Positions 1 through 13,295 of a stretch of 64,000 bases of DNA are shown piece after piece. A model generated the notes under the pieces. The model was given only the letters and a program-made list of their open reading frames with translations. It was not told where the DNA came from and ran no database searches. The DNA is from Raillietiella orientalis (Eukaryota). Location of the stretch: positions 496,001 to 560,000 of the forward strand of contig JAYWIR010000019.1 in the NCBI GenBank assembly GCA_036172245.1, read 5' to 3'. Position numbers and translations under genes: made by a program. The first letter of the stretch is position 1; each line of letters begins with the position of its first letter.

Positions 1-590
1 CCCGGTGGCACGTGGGGCGAACTTCTAGGATGGCTCGTCGCCACTTCTGCTCTTTAACCCCCGCCGAGATGGTCGGAATTGCAATCTCCTGGGGGTGGGG
101 GAGTGGGAAGGCAGCATCTAGTTTCGGTTGCCTCAGGCGTTCCTTCGAAGAACCGCGATCTGCGGTTGTTCGCCATTTCGTGGTGCCGCGCCCCGTTCCT
201 CCTCGCGCGGAGCGGGACCGTGCAGGCGGATGCGGATTTCCGATGTTGGGAAGACGGGGGAAAATCCTCAGAATGGCATCCCCTGAACGGTTCCAGGATC
301 GCCACAGCCTCCGCCCAGTGGCAAAAGCGTAGTCTCCATCCTGCACGATCCCGCGGATCGAATTCACTTCCCTTGGCGTGGTATCAGTTCAGCTGTTTGT
401 TTAAAAAAAACACAAACACGCGATTCCAGTAGGATCGGTGCTCCATTTTATTCTCATTTTCGTGAATGAAAGGCCCCAAGAAGATCCAGTTCTCCGCAAC
501 GGACACAAAATTCCAAAACCCTGATTGAAACGAAACTACGATTAAACATCCACAAAACTCTAAAAGCGTTTTTTTTTTTTTTTTTTTTTT

Positions 591-797
591 CTACCTTCAG
601 TCAACTAATAAATAAACGCCCAACGTATCCCTCCGTTTATCCACGCGCAGGCTCCTGTAACACGGAACGCATTCTCCCCGTTAATCCACGGTCAGGGAAC
701 CTGAGCTTCTGCGTTATAGGAGCCTGCGCGCGCATTAATCAGCAGAGTGCCTTCCGCGTTATAGGAGCCTGAGCGAAGATTAACAGTTGGAGAGTAG
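591..797. repeat. Small foldback/MITE-like element made of ~45 bp units in opposite orientations
   Basis: GCGCAGGCTCCTGTAACACGGAA (645-667) is the near reverse complement of TTCTGCGTTATAGGAGCCTGCGC (707-729) and TTCCGCGTTATAGGAGCCTGAGC (752-774). The latter two are direct repeats 45 bp apart, each followed by ATTAA. The ends are loosely inverted (CTAC.. at 591, ..GTAG at 797), and a poly-T run precedes the element. Confidence 0.6.
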
Positions 798-2249
798 ACC
801 CCTGTTGAGTCCCAATCTGCATAAAGGCAGCAGTGCCTTGGAGACAAAGCATGCAGATCGAATTATTTACTTCCTCCCAGTCCGGTGGCGTTCACGACGC
901 CCATCTTCTGCTTGCGCGGCGAGTGCCATATCAACGGCATTGGCTGGTCCATTCAGCTCCAAATGCCTCCGCCAATCCTATCGTCGGACTGAAGAGCAAG
1001 AGCCTCCGTGGGCATCCCTGCTCAACTGCCATGAAGATCATGGTGTTTCGCGGAGCGTGCGGTGCGCATTGCAAAGAGTCACGCGCGTTCCTCGTACAGA
1101 TGTTTCGGCATTCCTTCAAAGGTTCCTCCCGCTTGTCTCGCCCGCAAGGCACCATGCGGCGGTTCACTCGGTATCACCCCGGACGCACCGGCTGGGTAGG
1201 GAAACTGGGTGCGGGTGCTCTGTGGGGCGTTCCTTGGGCCGCCGTCTCGCCTGCGTCACGGAGCCCCGTCCGAGGACTCCGCCGGACAGAGGGAACTCTT
1301 CCCGCTTTCTTGGACAGAAGACCTCATTGTCCCTCATCCATTTCTGCAGCCTTCGCGAGGGGCACCTCTCGTGGAGGAGACGAGGACAGCCACCCACCTA
1401 CTCCTCACTGAAGATGATGTCAGAAACGGATGGAAGTTCTCAGTCGCTTCCGAATCGCCGGGATCGGAGGTGGAGGTGAGCGACAGGCTCCCACCGTTTG
1501 TACGTCGCTCCATCCCAACCTGGTGATGAAGTCTCCGTTTGAGTGGAGTCGTGGCTTCCTCTTCCGCCCCGAAAGGTGAAGGATCCACTAAGGAGGCGGG
1601 AGCTCCGTCCGGACGATCTCCAGACACCCTATTTCTTCAGAAGGGATCCCATATTGCTCATCTGAAGACGCGGCCCTGTGTTTCCTTCCTTTATCATCCA
1701 TACCCCGGACTGTCCTCGAATGCCCCTTTGTACCCTTTGCTTCTGCGTTCACACCTGCACATTTCCACGTGATGCGGCACGTCTCGCACGGACAGACTCG
1801 CAGGAGGCTAACGGCTGGAGACATTCGAAATACCCATCCGTCCTGCTTTCTCTACTGCCGCCATGACACCTTGCTTTTCTCCAGGATTGTGAGGTCACTT
1901 TCTTCAGCCACGTCATCATTTCCAGATTTCCTAACTCATCCCACATTACCTTGGACCGGGTGGTTGCATCCATACGTCGAACGTCCTTCCTATTGCTCTT
2001 TGGCTCCACACTGCTGAGAACCACGAATTTTGCGGACCTCATCCTGAGAGTGGCCCGGACACGCCAGCGCACGAGGGCATCCAAACCTAGGAAGAGGCAA
2101 CCTGAAGACGGTCTTCGAACTCGCTGTGCACGAGCGTGGAAGAAGGTCCATCGCGATTGCAAGTTGCACATCTCTTGTTTTGGTTCTTACTTGTAGATAG
2201 CATTGATTGTCGTGCAATTTATTCATATCGCAGCTCTTGCGGGCCTCGG

Positions 2250-2790
2250 AAAAGCACTAAAGTTGTTCCAATGCAATGGAAAGTGGTAGAAGAAAAGGTG
2301 GAGGGCCAAGGCAATTCTAAAGAACACTTTTCCTTCGGCATACAGTTGTAACGCGGTTTCCCATTATGTGGATGATGGGTGAGTTGGCATCTCTGCATAC
2401 CTGTGCTTTCCCTGGGGGTGGAGTGTAGGGGTGTGTTTGTATTGGAACGCAGCCCTGAATAGAAAATTACAGGAGTCTGCTGCTGTGCACACACTCCTGG
2501 GACATTGCAGTACGTAGGTATCAAACTTATTGTGCCCTGTGAAGAGTTTGAGTTCCATCTGCATAACACTTTTCAAATAAATCATATGACCGGTATAGCA
2601 TCAATGTAGGTACAAAGAAGATAGCTGTAGCACCCGAAGATGGAAGCAATGGTCTTTTTATGCCAGCAAGCCGCCATGATGGGCAACTTTTGAAGTGCAG
2701 AAATAGAGGTTGGAGAGAGATTGTTCGCACATTTGCGGGGACTAAATCTCTTATTCAATTTGCTTGTTAATTGTTTACATATCTTCACTG
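2250..2790 (-). mobile_element. Decayed non-LTR retrotransposon reverse transcriptase fragment
   Basis: ORF 2527-2730 reads SGATAIFFVPTLMLYRSYDLFEKCYADGTQTL, which parallels the LINE RT pattern SGVPQGS.LGP.LF..Y..DL...YADDT.L. Stops and frameshifts surround it. Confidence 0.4.
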
Positions 2791-4599
2791 AATGGAAATG
2801 AAAATGTAGCCAGGGTTGCTTGCATCCTATGAGACGCAGATCACAGTTCCCCAGCCAGTGTAATCCTTCCTACTCTGTGGGTTTACTGCTGGCAATGTTA
2901 ACAAGTAGTAGTCTTATGTAAAGGTCGCAGAGTTTCCTTTCAGTTCAGTCCCATCAATTCCAAACATTCACAGAACCAACCAGTATCCATAACTTTCAGT
3001 GAAGAATTCCAACCTCAGGATGCTTACTGCGATGTGACTCGATTTTTGTTCCAGCATCAGTGCTGTTCTGTGCTTATAGGATGAAGGAGGAATGAGAAGC
3101 AGACAAGCTAGGGATGCAGGAGATACAAAATACAAAATTGTTCTCATGGCATCGGGATTGGCCCAGCTAGCTTGAATTCAAGGACTGCACCCATTCTGTT
3201 GACTTCCACTGCTGTCTTAATGGAAGCATGCAGTCTTTATGTAGTTTAGTTTTGTGGCAGCTGTGGCACTCAGTGGCAGATGTTTGCTGCTGAGTGGCAG
3301 TTCAGCATGGACCAACTAATGTGGCAGCATTCTCGTGATTCTTGCTTGTTTCCATGAATTTCTACAATCAGCAAACCCAAATCCATCTGACCCACTAGTA
3401 TCCAGGAATTGCCTTGACTGCTTGTTGCCAGAGGGTGCAGTTTGAGCATGATGGGAACGATTCTGGAACAAATATCTTTGGCCAGTGATCATTCCAATGA
3501 GCATAACATGCTGAACACCAAACCAGGGTGCACTTTAGAGCCATTCCAGAACCTGTGCATGAGAACAGGACCTCACTTCCATCTACATTTGCAACTGAAG
3601 TCAAGGGCACAGAACACTCATGGGAAGATCTTGTGATGCTCCATGACATCATATGTAGAATGATGTGCATGATGACTACCTAACTCAATTGAGTTCTCAG
3701 CTGCATGCAGGTATTCTTTGCAGTTGGAACCTCCTAATAAGGAAATGCATCTCCAGAAAGTGCACAAACAAAGCAAAGGAACAGCTGAAGAGCTCTGGCT
3801 TCTTCCCATGTGGAGTGGTTTGTGAGCAGCTGGATGCCTTTGTGTGAACAGAAACTGACATATTTAGAAATTGAAATGATTTACAGCTTGCACGGAATGG
3901 TGCTGGGGGAAAGGACACAGAATTGAGACTGCAGGCTGCTTGTCACATGCCATTCGTGAGGAGCGCTTTTCTAGAAAGTGGATTGCTTCCTTGTGTGTGT
4001 CCGTTGGTGCATCCGCTGGCATTACCAGCAGAAGTTGAGACAGCATGTCTGTGGGCTGCAAAAAGATGCGTGTGACCTTTCTATGTACACAAAGCTGCCA
4101 TTGTCATTTTCCTTAAAATGCGCAAACAAATGAGTTTTCGCACGTTTTTACCTTCAATAACTGCGCTGCGGACGCTTTTGTCGGAGATGGGAGCAGCACC
4201 AAAGGAATGCATGCGAAGGCATCTACCCGAAAAGTAGGTTACGAAAAGTCATCTTCCTGGAAATGTGTCTGGGAGGAAAGGGCGAGCAGTTTTTTCAAGA
4301 AAATGACTGGAAATGACGTGTGTGACATCCAGAATTCAAGAATGCATGTGTGATTGCCCGACACTAGTTTTTCTTGCCTTGAAAGAACGGAATCAGCGGA
4401 TTGAGCGCACAGGTGCGCGTGGCTGACGTGGTTCCACCGGACCATTGCGTCCCTGTGTGTTTTTTTATCCTCATCCCTGTTTAGCTAATGGTGGTGCAGC
4501 CTTTTGCTTCCGCCAGGCGGAGAAGCAAAAGTGCGCACGTATCCGTTCGCGTGCTCCGATCATCGGTCTCGTCCGAGACATGTGACAGACTTGTCTCCC

Positions 4600-5000
4600 T
4601 TGTGCTGGGATTTCCATCGAACGCTCCTCCAAGCACAATTCCTGGACTTGCAGATCAGAAAGTGGATACGTCACGGAACATCGCGTGGTCTCTGGAGTCT
4701 GATTTCCTCCTTCGAGAGGTGCGCAGTCTTCACTTTCACCTGAGCCTCAACCGTAAACTTCAGCGTGCGCATCTCCAGGCGATTGCAATCTCTTAGTAGT
4801 GACTCGCCACATGATTCGGATGCTGGCCAGCGCTGCAATCGCAAACCGTCCAAAGTCGGCATGATTGCCTCCAGTAATCCACGTGTACCTGCGTTTCTGA
4901 ACAGCCACCCCATCATCCCAGTAGCGCACCACGAATGCCATTCCTCCGGGATTCCGCGGTGCCGTGGAGGTTTGTTGGCACCGCCACCGAGAGCCATCAT
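4600..5000 (-). mobile_element. Possible very decayed LINE RT fragment
   Basis: RGIPEE...LF...TRGLLEAI...LLRDCNRLE..LKF...KVK, followed by PGIVLG, matches the order of RT motifs GVPQG / LQ.DL..L / FN..K / YLG.L. No motif is intact. Confidence 0.2.
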
Positions 5001-7963
5001 TTCAGTGCTCTCTCTCTCTCTCTGGCCCATTCGCTGGAAGCTGAGGGTGCAGTCGCGAATCGAAGGGGCTCCTAGGAGACGGCAGCGAGACACGTCTTCG
5101 CGGCATTCGGAAGTTCGGGCAGCAGGAGTGCAAACGGCTTCCACTGGAATTCTTCTCCTTGCGCGATTGAATTCGCACCGGGAGGCACCGGTGAGGAGTG
5201 TTGCGGAACGGTGCTGTCGGCGCGGCACGGGGGCAGCTGCTGAGGCCACTGAAAGTACCCCGCAAGGAGCTCGTGCTTCTCATCCTCTTGTGCATCGTCA
5301 AGCGCATACATTCTGGCTGAACGTGACCGGAACGGAAGTGATAAAGGAATGCGAGGGGGTGGGAAGCTAAGAATCAACGTTCCTGCTTCCACACCAACGC
5401 ATCTGATTGCAGCAGCAAAGGAAAAGACAATCTCAATGTACTCTTTTTCACCCTCGAGGTCAAATTTTCCGTGAGGAGTAGATTCTTCGACGGGGCCTCT
5501 TTTGAGTGCACGAAACTTGCAAAACAAGGCGCAAAGTTTCGTTCCCAGTGGCCACAACTGCCGCTCCAGAAAGAAGAGGTCAGGTTCGCTCGCAGCGCCT
5601 CCTGGATGAGGCAACAGAGGTTTGGAGGCATGTGCAACCTGGAGAGAGCAGCAACGGGCGCGCGACCGAAAACTCCCATGGCTTCGTGGTCTCGACAGAT
5701 AGGCCGAATTGTGCTTCGGACGCGCGTGAGTCCGACCAGGAGGTCCCAGATAGCGAGCCATGACGTTCGTGGATAGCGCGAAGGCACTTCTTGCTGGAGG
5801 TCGGGTTCGTGCGTCCATGGGCCGTCGGAGTAGGCGCGCGCGCTATCCCACGACCTGCACCTAAGTCTGGCTGACGTCTGCAGTTATCACATGGCCGCTG
5901 CCATTTTGCAGGTGCTCAAGGAGTCGCTTCCAAACGCCAGGCCATCCAGGAGGCGCACGCGAGCGCCCTGCGGCTGGAGAGTGAAACCGCATTGCAGTTG
6001 AAGAGCGCCATGGTATTCCGGAGAGGTCATCGTCTCCTCTGTCCCCCGGCAGACTCGAGAAACTGGGAAGGGAATCCTTGGCCTCCGTGAGGCTTGCCTG
6101 GCATCCTCTGGTCCGTGTGTGGATCCGAAGAGCAAGGGCTCGCGAGAGAGACGAAGGGCACGAAGTCGACCGCGGCCTCCTTTCGCCTCTGCTGCTGGAG
6201 GAGCGACGGAGTCTCGCTCTCCCTTCCCCGTTCCCTCTAGAGGGATGGAGTCCACTACGTGCGCTCCGTGGAGCTCGGAGGGAAGGTCACGCCACCCGTG
6301 TAAGTACCTTTGCGACTGTGCCCACGTGAGAAAGAGGTGGGTAGGATGGGGCCGGCTCGCATCTCGGGGAGGACTTGGAGCTCGGAGTGCCTGGAGAAAC
6401 CAGGTGTGCGCTTACTACACGACGCCTCAGGCCGATGTGACGTCTTCGTCCTTCCTGACCGCGGCTGGCCCTTTCAACAGCTCTGAGAGCTGATGAGGGT
6501 GCGTCTCCCCGACAAGTGCCAGCGCGGCCGGAGCCAACCCTGTTTCCAGGGTGACAAAAGAGAACGCGAGAAGACGAAGGTGGAAGCCGATGCCCCGGGA
6601 GCAGAGGTGAAGCGGGATGGGCGAGCGGTGCACCTCGCAGATGATGGAGTGCAGGGAAGGGCGTCTTAGGGGTCCTTCCGCAGGGGTAGGACGCCACTGG
6701 ATTGCCAGAAGCCGATGGCGGCGGGCTGTGCGGTGAAAGAGGGGCAGCTGGGGATCTCAACTTCCCCTCCGCTCACAGCTCAGTCTGCCCCGTCCCTCGT
6801 TGCGTGGTCAAGGAGACACGTTTGTCGATTTCCCGTTTCCCCCCGTGACGTCGGTCTACTGCAAAGGAAAGAGGAAGGCAGCGGCTGCGAGTGAGCAACA
6901 GCGTGCAGGCTATCCCGCGTCTCTGTTGCAGCCGTGGACCTGGAGCACTTCGATTCCCTGCCGAGCCACCCGGCCGAGCGCCGGAGTGTTGGCCACCTGC
7001 GGCGGCGCTGCCACTGAAGGTCGGCGACTTCCAGTGGCGCCTTTGAAAGACGCGCTCCGGCTCACCTCGACTTCTACCGAGTATCGAACTATAAACGCAA
7101 TCGTTTCGTTTTCCACGAAAGGTCGAAAGCGAAGCTGCTTGGCGCGTCAGTAGTCAACGAAACGATAGCGATGATCGTACGCAAAACAAGAAACAAAAAA
7201 AAATGCTCATGCAGCTCAGTCTTTTTTTCTTATTCGAATGTACACAGGAACAAGAACAAAACAAAAAACCCAAGGCAAAGCATGGAGGTGAACCCTCTGG
7301 TGGTATCCTCTCTACAAACTCCGGAAGTCAACTCGCTGAGCAGGTCTTTTTCCGTGGGTGCACAAAAGGGCGTTTTCCTCCACGGATTGTCTAGCAGAGC
7401 CAGGGCAACTTTGAGTGCGAATCCGTTTCCAGAAAGGGACCGTGCATTTCGAGCGCAAGCGGCAAACTACAGTGATTCTTAAAACCGGGAAGGCTTCTGT
7501 GAAACGGAAGAAGAAAAAAACCCTTCCGCAGCTGAACGCCCACGCGGCAACTGTCGGGAGAAAACTCTCTTTCCCCGAAGACGATGAAACTGAAGGCTCG
7601 TTGCCCGGGGTGCAGCGGAGTCACACATCCGGACTGCGAGGGGCATCCTCAAAGCTAAGCCTGTTTGGCATTCGAGGCTCAAGACAGCTCCTTCGGCATT
7701 CGAGGGCTGCATGCACGGTAACAAATGACTTCTGAGGGGTGCACGAGAGCAACGATGGTTACCACACGAATCTCCTTCTCAATTTGCAGGATGTCACGTC
7801 TGCCATTTCGAAAAGTCCACCTGTCATCATGATAGGTTTTCAAAAGTGTCCTTTCACGTAATCACTGTAATTCTAAAACACGAAAGCAGACTAATTTTGA
7901 ACACGTTTAGTGTCTGGAACTACGACCTCAGTTGGAAAAAGAGGGGGAGGGGGGGAATGCAGT

Positions 7964-8079
7964 TTATTTATTCATGGACACTGAATAACTCCCTGTTTTA
8001 GGGTCTTGCTGAACCTTGAAATCATTCAAAGAAAGTCCAAAGAATTTCAGGGCGCTGTTGCCAAGGTCCTTCAGCTTGC
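7964..8079 (-). CDS. TTC1: TTC1-like TPR protein, last coding exon (5/5)
   Basis: Acceptor ttgtgttccag, phase 1. Encodes (G)KLKDLGNSALKFFGLSLNDFKVQQDPKTGSYSVSMNK*, the characteristic TTC1 C-terminus (KLKDLGN..L..FGLS...F...QD..TGSYS). Confidence 0.93.
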
Positions 8080-9167
8080 CTGGAACACAAGGCCACGAAT
8101 AGAGAGAGGCAGCATTACGAAACACTGGGTGTTGGGATGCACGAGATTTGAGCCTCGTCGCCACGATCGCGACGAGAGTTGCCGCCAGTCAGCCGCAGCA
8201 AAGCTGCTGCTCGCTGGCGACAACCTCGCTGGCTCCCACACACCGCCGAAGAGGGGTCCGTCTCTGCGCCACCGCCCCGAGCTAATTGAAACGAGGGCGC
8301 CCTGATTTCATCCCTATCTCAGAAAAAGATGGCCGTCCGGCAAAGGGAAAACACAAGCACGAAACAAACAAACAAACCACGGAGGTGTTGGAACACAGAC
8401 ACACACACACACAAAACTCGCAATGAAACATTCCGGCTTGCTTTCCTGACTTCTGTGAGCTTTGTGCTTTCACTTTCGGTGCTTTCGAACTAAGAAATCC
8501 GGCCATTCGTTTCACGCCGTCCGCGCAGACGAAGGAGCACATGGAGCACGGGAGCACGCTGACCAAGGATTCGGACTTCCTAATGGGAACGCGATAAATT
8601 TGAAAAACAAAACAGAATAAGGAAAAGAAGAAAACCCCTGCTTGGGTGAGGGAGGATGCTTCCCGCAGCCTTCCTTCAAATGGGAACTGAACCACTGGCA
8701 CTGCAGGTGCGGACAGAAGCCGTAGACGGGCACACACGACGGCTGGGCGGATAACTCCACGAATACCGATCCTCCTCCAGAGACGTACACAGAAGCACGC
8801 GTGGCGGAACTGCGTGCCCGCAGGCTGCACGTGATGGGCGCCGGGGGGGGGGGGAAGGCGCCCAACTGCGAGACGAGTCCTAACAGCAACATGGGGTGTT
8901 CCGCACGCCTACGTTGGCCCCGTTTTTCGAACTGCTGGAATCTCGACGACTCTCGCACCGTTTGAGCCAAGGCACTGCATTGCTAAGACCACGCGGCTGC
9001 CCGAATGAAAAACGACTTGGATTTCTTTCTCCTCCTGGAAGAAGGGAGGGGGGGGGGGGCTACCCATACACGAGGGGCGATGCAAAACATGCCGCAGCCC
9101 CTCACTCACGGCTTAGTCGATTATAACCTATTTCACCGGATAATTTGCAGCAAGCCGCTAAACTCAC

Positions 9168-9222
9168 CTAACATTTCCTCTTTCATCTTCTCGTTCCGTT
9201 TTTCGATTTCTTGTGATAACCT
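9168..9222 (-). CDS. TTC1: TTC1-like, coding exon 4/5 (55 nt, absent from the ORF track)
   Basis: ctttccag|AGG...TTA G|gtgagt. Encodes RLSQEIEKRNEKMKEEML, matching TTC1 RL..QIEERNE.LKEEML. Preceded by a 51 bp intron. Confidence 0.92.
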
Positions 9223-9273
9223 CTGGAAAGGCAAAATCGACTCGCACAAGCATTAACGACAAAGGATTCTTAC

Positions 9274-9459
9274 ATATACTTCGGCTCGGGCGTCATGGTT
9301 ACTGGGTTCGATTTCCAAAATGGATTGGTAATCTTTATGGGCTTCGTCCAATTTTTCCAGGGCTTCATACAAGGCTGCTCTGCGCTGCAACACCTTGCAG
9401 TACTGCGGATTGAGCTCAAGAGCCAGATCGCAGTCTTTCAAGCCCTCTTCCTGCAAACC
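9274..9459 (-). CDS. TTC1: TTC1-like, coding exon 3/5 (TPR2-TPR3)
   Basis: tttcttttag|GGT...TAT|gtaaga, phase 0-0. Encodes GLQEEGLKDCDLALELNPQYCKVLQRRAALYEALEKLDEAHKDYQSILEIEPSNHDARAEVY. Confidence 0.93.
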
Positions 9460-10149
9460 CTAAAAGAAACAGCGGCTGCGGTGATGTAAACAACCGCGAC
9501 AGGGGAACACAGGAACTTGTGAAACGCGTGCAGGAAGAGGATCAATCGGGGGAAACGCGGGTTCAACGGTCTTAGACCCTGAAACCTTTTGATTCCCTTT
9601 CCGGTTATCCCCTTGGTGACGTGTCTTCCCGTCGGACAACCACGTGGCACTAATGGGCCTTCTCGGAGTGTGCGCTGAGGCAACGAACGTGTGGTCGAAA
9701 CACTCCAACACGGATTCACTGTTAACTGCAAAGTGCGCGAAGTGGCGGGATAAAGAGTGCATTTTCCCATCGTCTCGAGATGCTTGAGAAGAAAAACCCG
9801 AAACATGCCTTTTACCTAAGTACTTGCTTACAGTAGCAGCCTGAGAGAAAACTTACGTTCTTGAAAGTGATCAGAAGATTTCAAAGTATACAAATCAAGC
9901 CTTGAAGTATGGTCAGATGGTGATTTGAAACGTTACAATTCTTTGGAGAAAAAAAATACACACACACACACACAAATAGAGAGCATAGAAAACTGAATAA
10001 AGATGCTTTCAAGGAAAACACAATAAATTTCAAATATCCATGAACGCCTATTTGTTCAAACCACCCAATGAACATGATAATGACGAAGAGCTTCTTCAAC
10101 AAAAAGAAACCTCAGTGTGTTGCTGCCATTGATTTCATATATCCTTTAA

Positions 10150-10340
10150 TGAATTACGTTTTCCCAAAGCTAATGAACACTTTTGCAGGATGGAATTTGG
10201 TTTCTGCACAAATTTTATTATATAGAAGCACACGTAATAGGATGAGAAACTTAGGAACTTTTCCGGACCGTCTCCAATTCCTTAAATGGCAAAACAGGTT
10301 TCTTGACACAGGCACACCTAATATTTGGAAAGTCATTTAG
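10150..10340 (-). mobile_element. Decayed LINE ORF2 fragment (post-RT region) in the TTC1 intron
   Basis: FQILGVPVSRNLFCHL...K..FL..L..LL..K..AETK...AKVFI parallels the pattern FKYLGV.I...L....HI...K...L..L.....TK...YK..I. Confidence 0.35.
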
Positions 10341-11449
10341 ATAACTATCCACCAGAAAACGATAGTTTACCAGCAATATCAAAACTCAGTTCATCACTCT
10401 TTCCCAACTCCATGAGAGAAATCATTGGAAGTAACATTTTTGAATACATATTTTACTGTGGCTTCTCACAATCCGATGCATGTGTTCCAGTTAGGGTTCA
10501 TGACTTGTTAAAGGACAAACAAAGTACCAAGCAATTCAAAGTACAAAAACTAACTACAAAATTAAATCAATTTTTGCTATTATTCTCTGTGAACTGCCAT
10601 GGTCCAAATTCTTTACAGTCATCCTCAGGAAAATACTTAGTTCATTTTTTTTCTTTTTTAAAAAAAAAGAGACAGCAATGAACAGTACAGGATTTATAGA
10701 ATTAAGAGAAGCTTAATACCAGTGAACTAAAGGATGTACGTAACTCTTCACAAAATTATGGTTCACCAAACTAGTTCCTTCGTTGTTTGATGTTTGATTT
10801 CCAGATGATTCAGATTTGATTTCCACATTTGATTTTCAATATTTATCAAAATTCCTCCAAGTCAAGGTTGTAAGACTTCTCAAGCTCTTGATTATTAGGG
10901 AGTCAAAAAAATATGGAACAGGGAAGTGGCATGTATGTGATTACTCTTTTCGACCCGCATTAACGAGATTTCCCTAATTTCCACTGAATGGTCATATTGA
11001 CTGATAATTAAATGCATCCACATCAATTTCAAGTGTCCCTGTAATATCATGCCAATTCCAAAGTTCTCTATGCAATTATTTTCTTGACACAATCGAGCTG
11101 CTCATTTGATCTCATTGGATCACAAAATTTTCTGTAATATTCTGCTAGAAACTTGCCCATGCATCAAACAGGCTTACTACTTCTCCAAATGATTCTTTTT
11201 TAAAAAAACTCATACTACTTGAGAAAATTATGTGATAAAGATTTTTTGAGTTGAATTTGAAAGGATAGAAATTTATCAGTCACTACTGTGATCCCAACTT
11301 AATTACCAATACATTCACTACTGTGAACACATTTTTGTTGATCAGATATTTGGCTAATAATAATGGCAACCAACTCGATCTCACCAGAAAAAAAAACATG
11401 TCAACTGACTTAATTCCAAACAGACAATTATTTTAAGACTTGGGCGATC

Positions 11450-11930
11450 CATCATTACAATTCTTTATCCAATATTCATCTCCATTTAATGAATGTGATG
11501 TCTGAAAACTGTCAAGGAATTTGCAACTTCTGAAGGATCTTCACAAATAGAATTACAGAATTTTTACTAGAAACTTTCATTGGTGTATGCTTTTTTATGT
11601 GCTTCCGCAGCAGCATAACAATCCCTATTGGTTCCCGGTGAATGTGTTTGCAAATATTAATACTTGTTTCATCTTCTAAATTTCATGTCAGAAGACATTT
11701 TATAAGTTCTTTTACCTTTTGCACCAAGGTCTCCCCAATGCTGTGATTCACAACTTCTGCAAACTGATTGCACTTTGAGGAATTATCATTCTCTTTCACA
11801 TTTGAGAAAGTGAAACACTTCCAATTTGATGCAATGTATTCCATATGGGCTGAATATTTTAAATGCCATTGGCTTTTATTCTTCTGAACTATGAATCAAG
11901 ACTTTTGTGTTTTGGAAGCTTTTCAATTGG
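11450..11930 (-). mobile_element. Decayed LINE RT N-terminal fragment in the TTC1 intron
   Basis: Hand translation gives IEKLPKHKSLDS ... SNWKCFTFSNVKENDNSSKCNQFAEVVNHSIGETLVQKVKELI, resembling I..LK..KS.G.D ... WK...I....K.G.....NYRPIS......K..E..V. It is interrupted by stops. Confidence 0.3.
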
Positions 11931-12639
11931 TTTTATGCAAAACAAATCTTAAAAACAGGAGGAAAGTTAAAATATCGACAACTGCAAATTACAGACATGG
12001 CTTCAGTGTGAAATTCTACACACTGAATGGACAAACATATATTTAGTACTTCCAATTTGGGGAAGAAAATTGCTTTCAAATTAACGAGAAACTTTATTCA
12101 GCTTATTTATTAGTGGACTAGTAAAATCAATTAGTAATGCAATAATTTTCGATATTTGAATTTTCCCTCCTTCCTGGCATTCTAGTGATATAAACAAATA
12201 AAATAAACGCAAGCTTTGAAATAAAAGCAAAATAACAAAGTAAAACAAAATGAGTGTAAAAGAACATACAAGCAATCCATAAAAGGTAGATGTCTTTAGA
12301 CACTGAACTGCATTTTAAATGCTTGTTTCTGTGTATGTACAAATTAAAAGGAACAAGTGAAGGCTCGCTTGTTCATATCATCTATGAAGAGAGGTTGCAA
12401 AGCATCAAAAAATTTCAACTTTCCATTTTTGTGTTCGCAAAAATGAACACAAGATTGACTCACACACAACGATTATTGCTTTGAACAGTGGAGAAATGAG
12501 TTTACACAGATTCCATTAGATTTTTGCAATAGAAAGCATGAGTGGATCTAAATCAATAGCAGAAAGACTTAACCTACAAAAATACTAATAATAATGTACT
12601 AATAATATGGTAGCAGAGCTTTCTTATTTAATTTATGGA

Positions 12640-13295
12640 TGCTACAAAATTTCCCTTCCAAAAATTTGCCAAAGAGATTTGGGATTGATATAAGATCCAC
12701 ACAAGATCGACTCACATGCAAAGATGAGTGAGGAAGCATCTAAGTCGATCCAAATCTGATTGCATATGACACCTTTATTATACAAGTAATCATGTTCACA
12801 TGGAAACACTACAATCTCTCTGTGGAGATTACCTACCATTAAGCTAAAGAGTGTGTAGATCAACTCAGTTCTTTCCAATATCATCTACTTTGATTCCCGT
12901 GATTCAGGCAGTCAGTGAATCATTACATTGATATTATCATAAAGCTTGCATAAATCACACATACCTGTTTGCTTTTGTTACGAAACACTTGGGTTTGCAA
13001 ACCTACATCAGAATGAACCACCAAGAGTTTTTACTTTTATGACCATACATCAGGTATCCATATTTAATGCATGTTGAAAAAAAGGAATGGTTTTGTTCTA
13101 AACTTGACTTTTGTTATCAAATATGTACAAGAATTGAGAATAAACCTTGTATTGAGACATACATAATATCTTCCTATCTGCCTTAAAGTCAAATTTGATA
13201 TAAGAACACCATTGCCACTGGCAAGAAAAATGAGAAAGTACTTTCTGATAATGTGAGACTCATTTCCAAATATCTGACCTCTTTCACTGAGCATA
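12640..13295 (-). mobile_element. Decayed CR1/L2-like LINE RT fragment in the TTC1 intron
   Basis: TLFSLMVGNLHREIVVFPCEHDYLY...IWIDLDAS.......INPKS...FGR parallels LF.L.INDL...I..FADD..LY...LQ.DLD.L......IN..K...F.R. The upstream ORF 13064-13294 has weak Q.GF and LI.KL equivalents. Confidence 0.4.
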
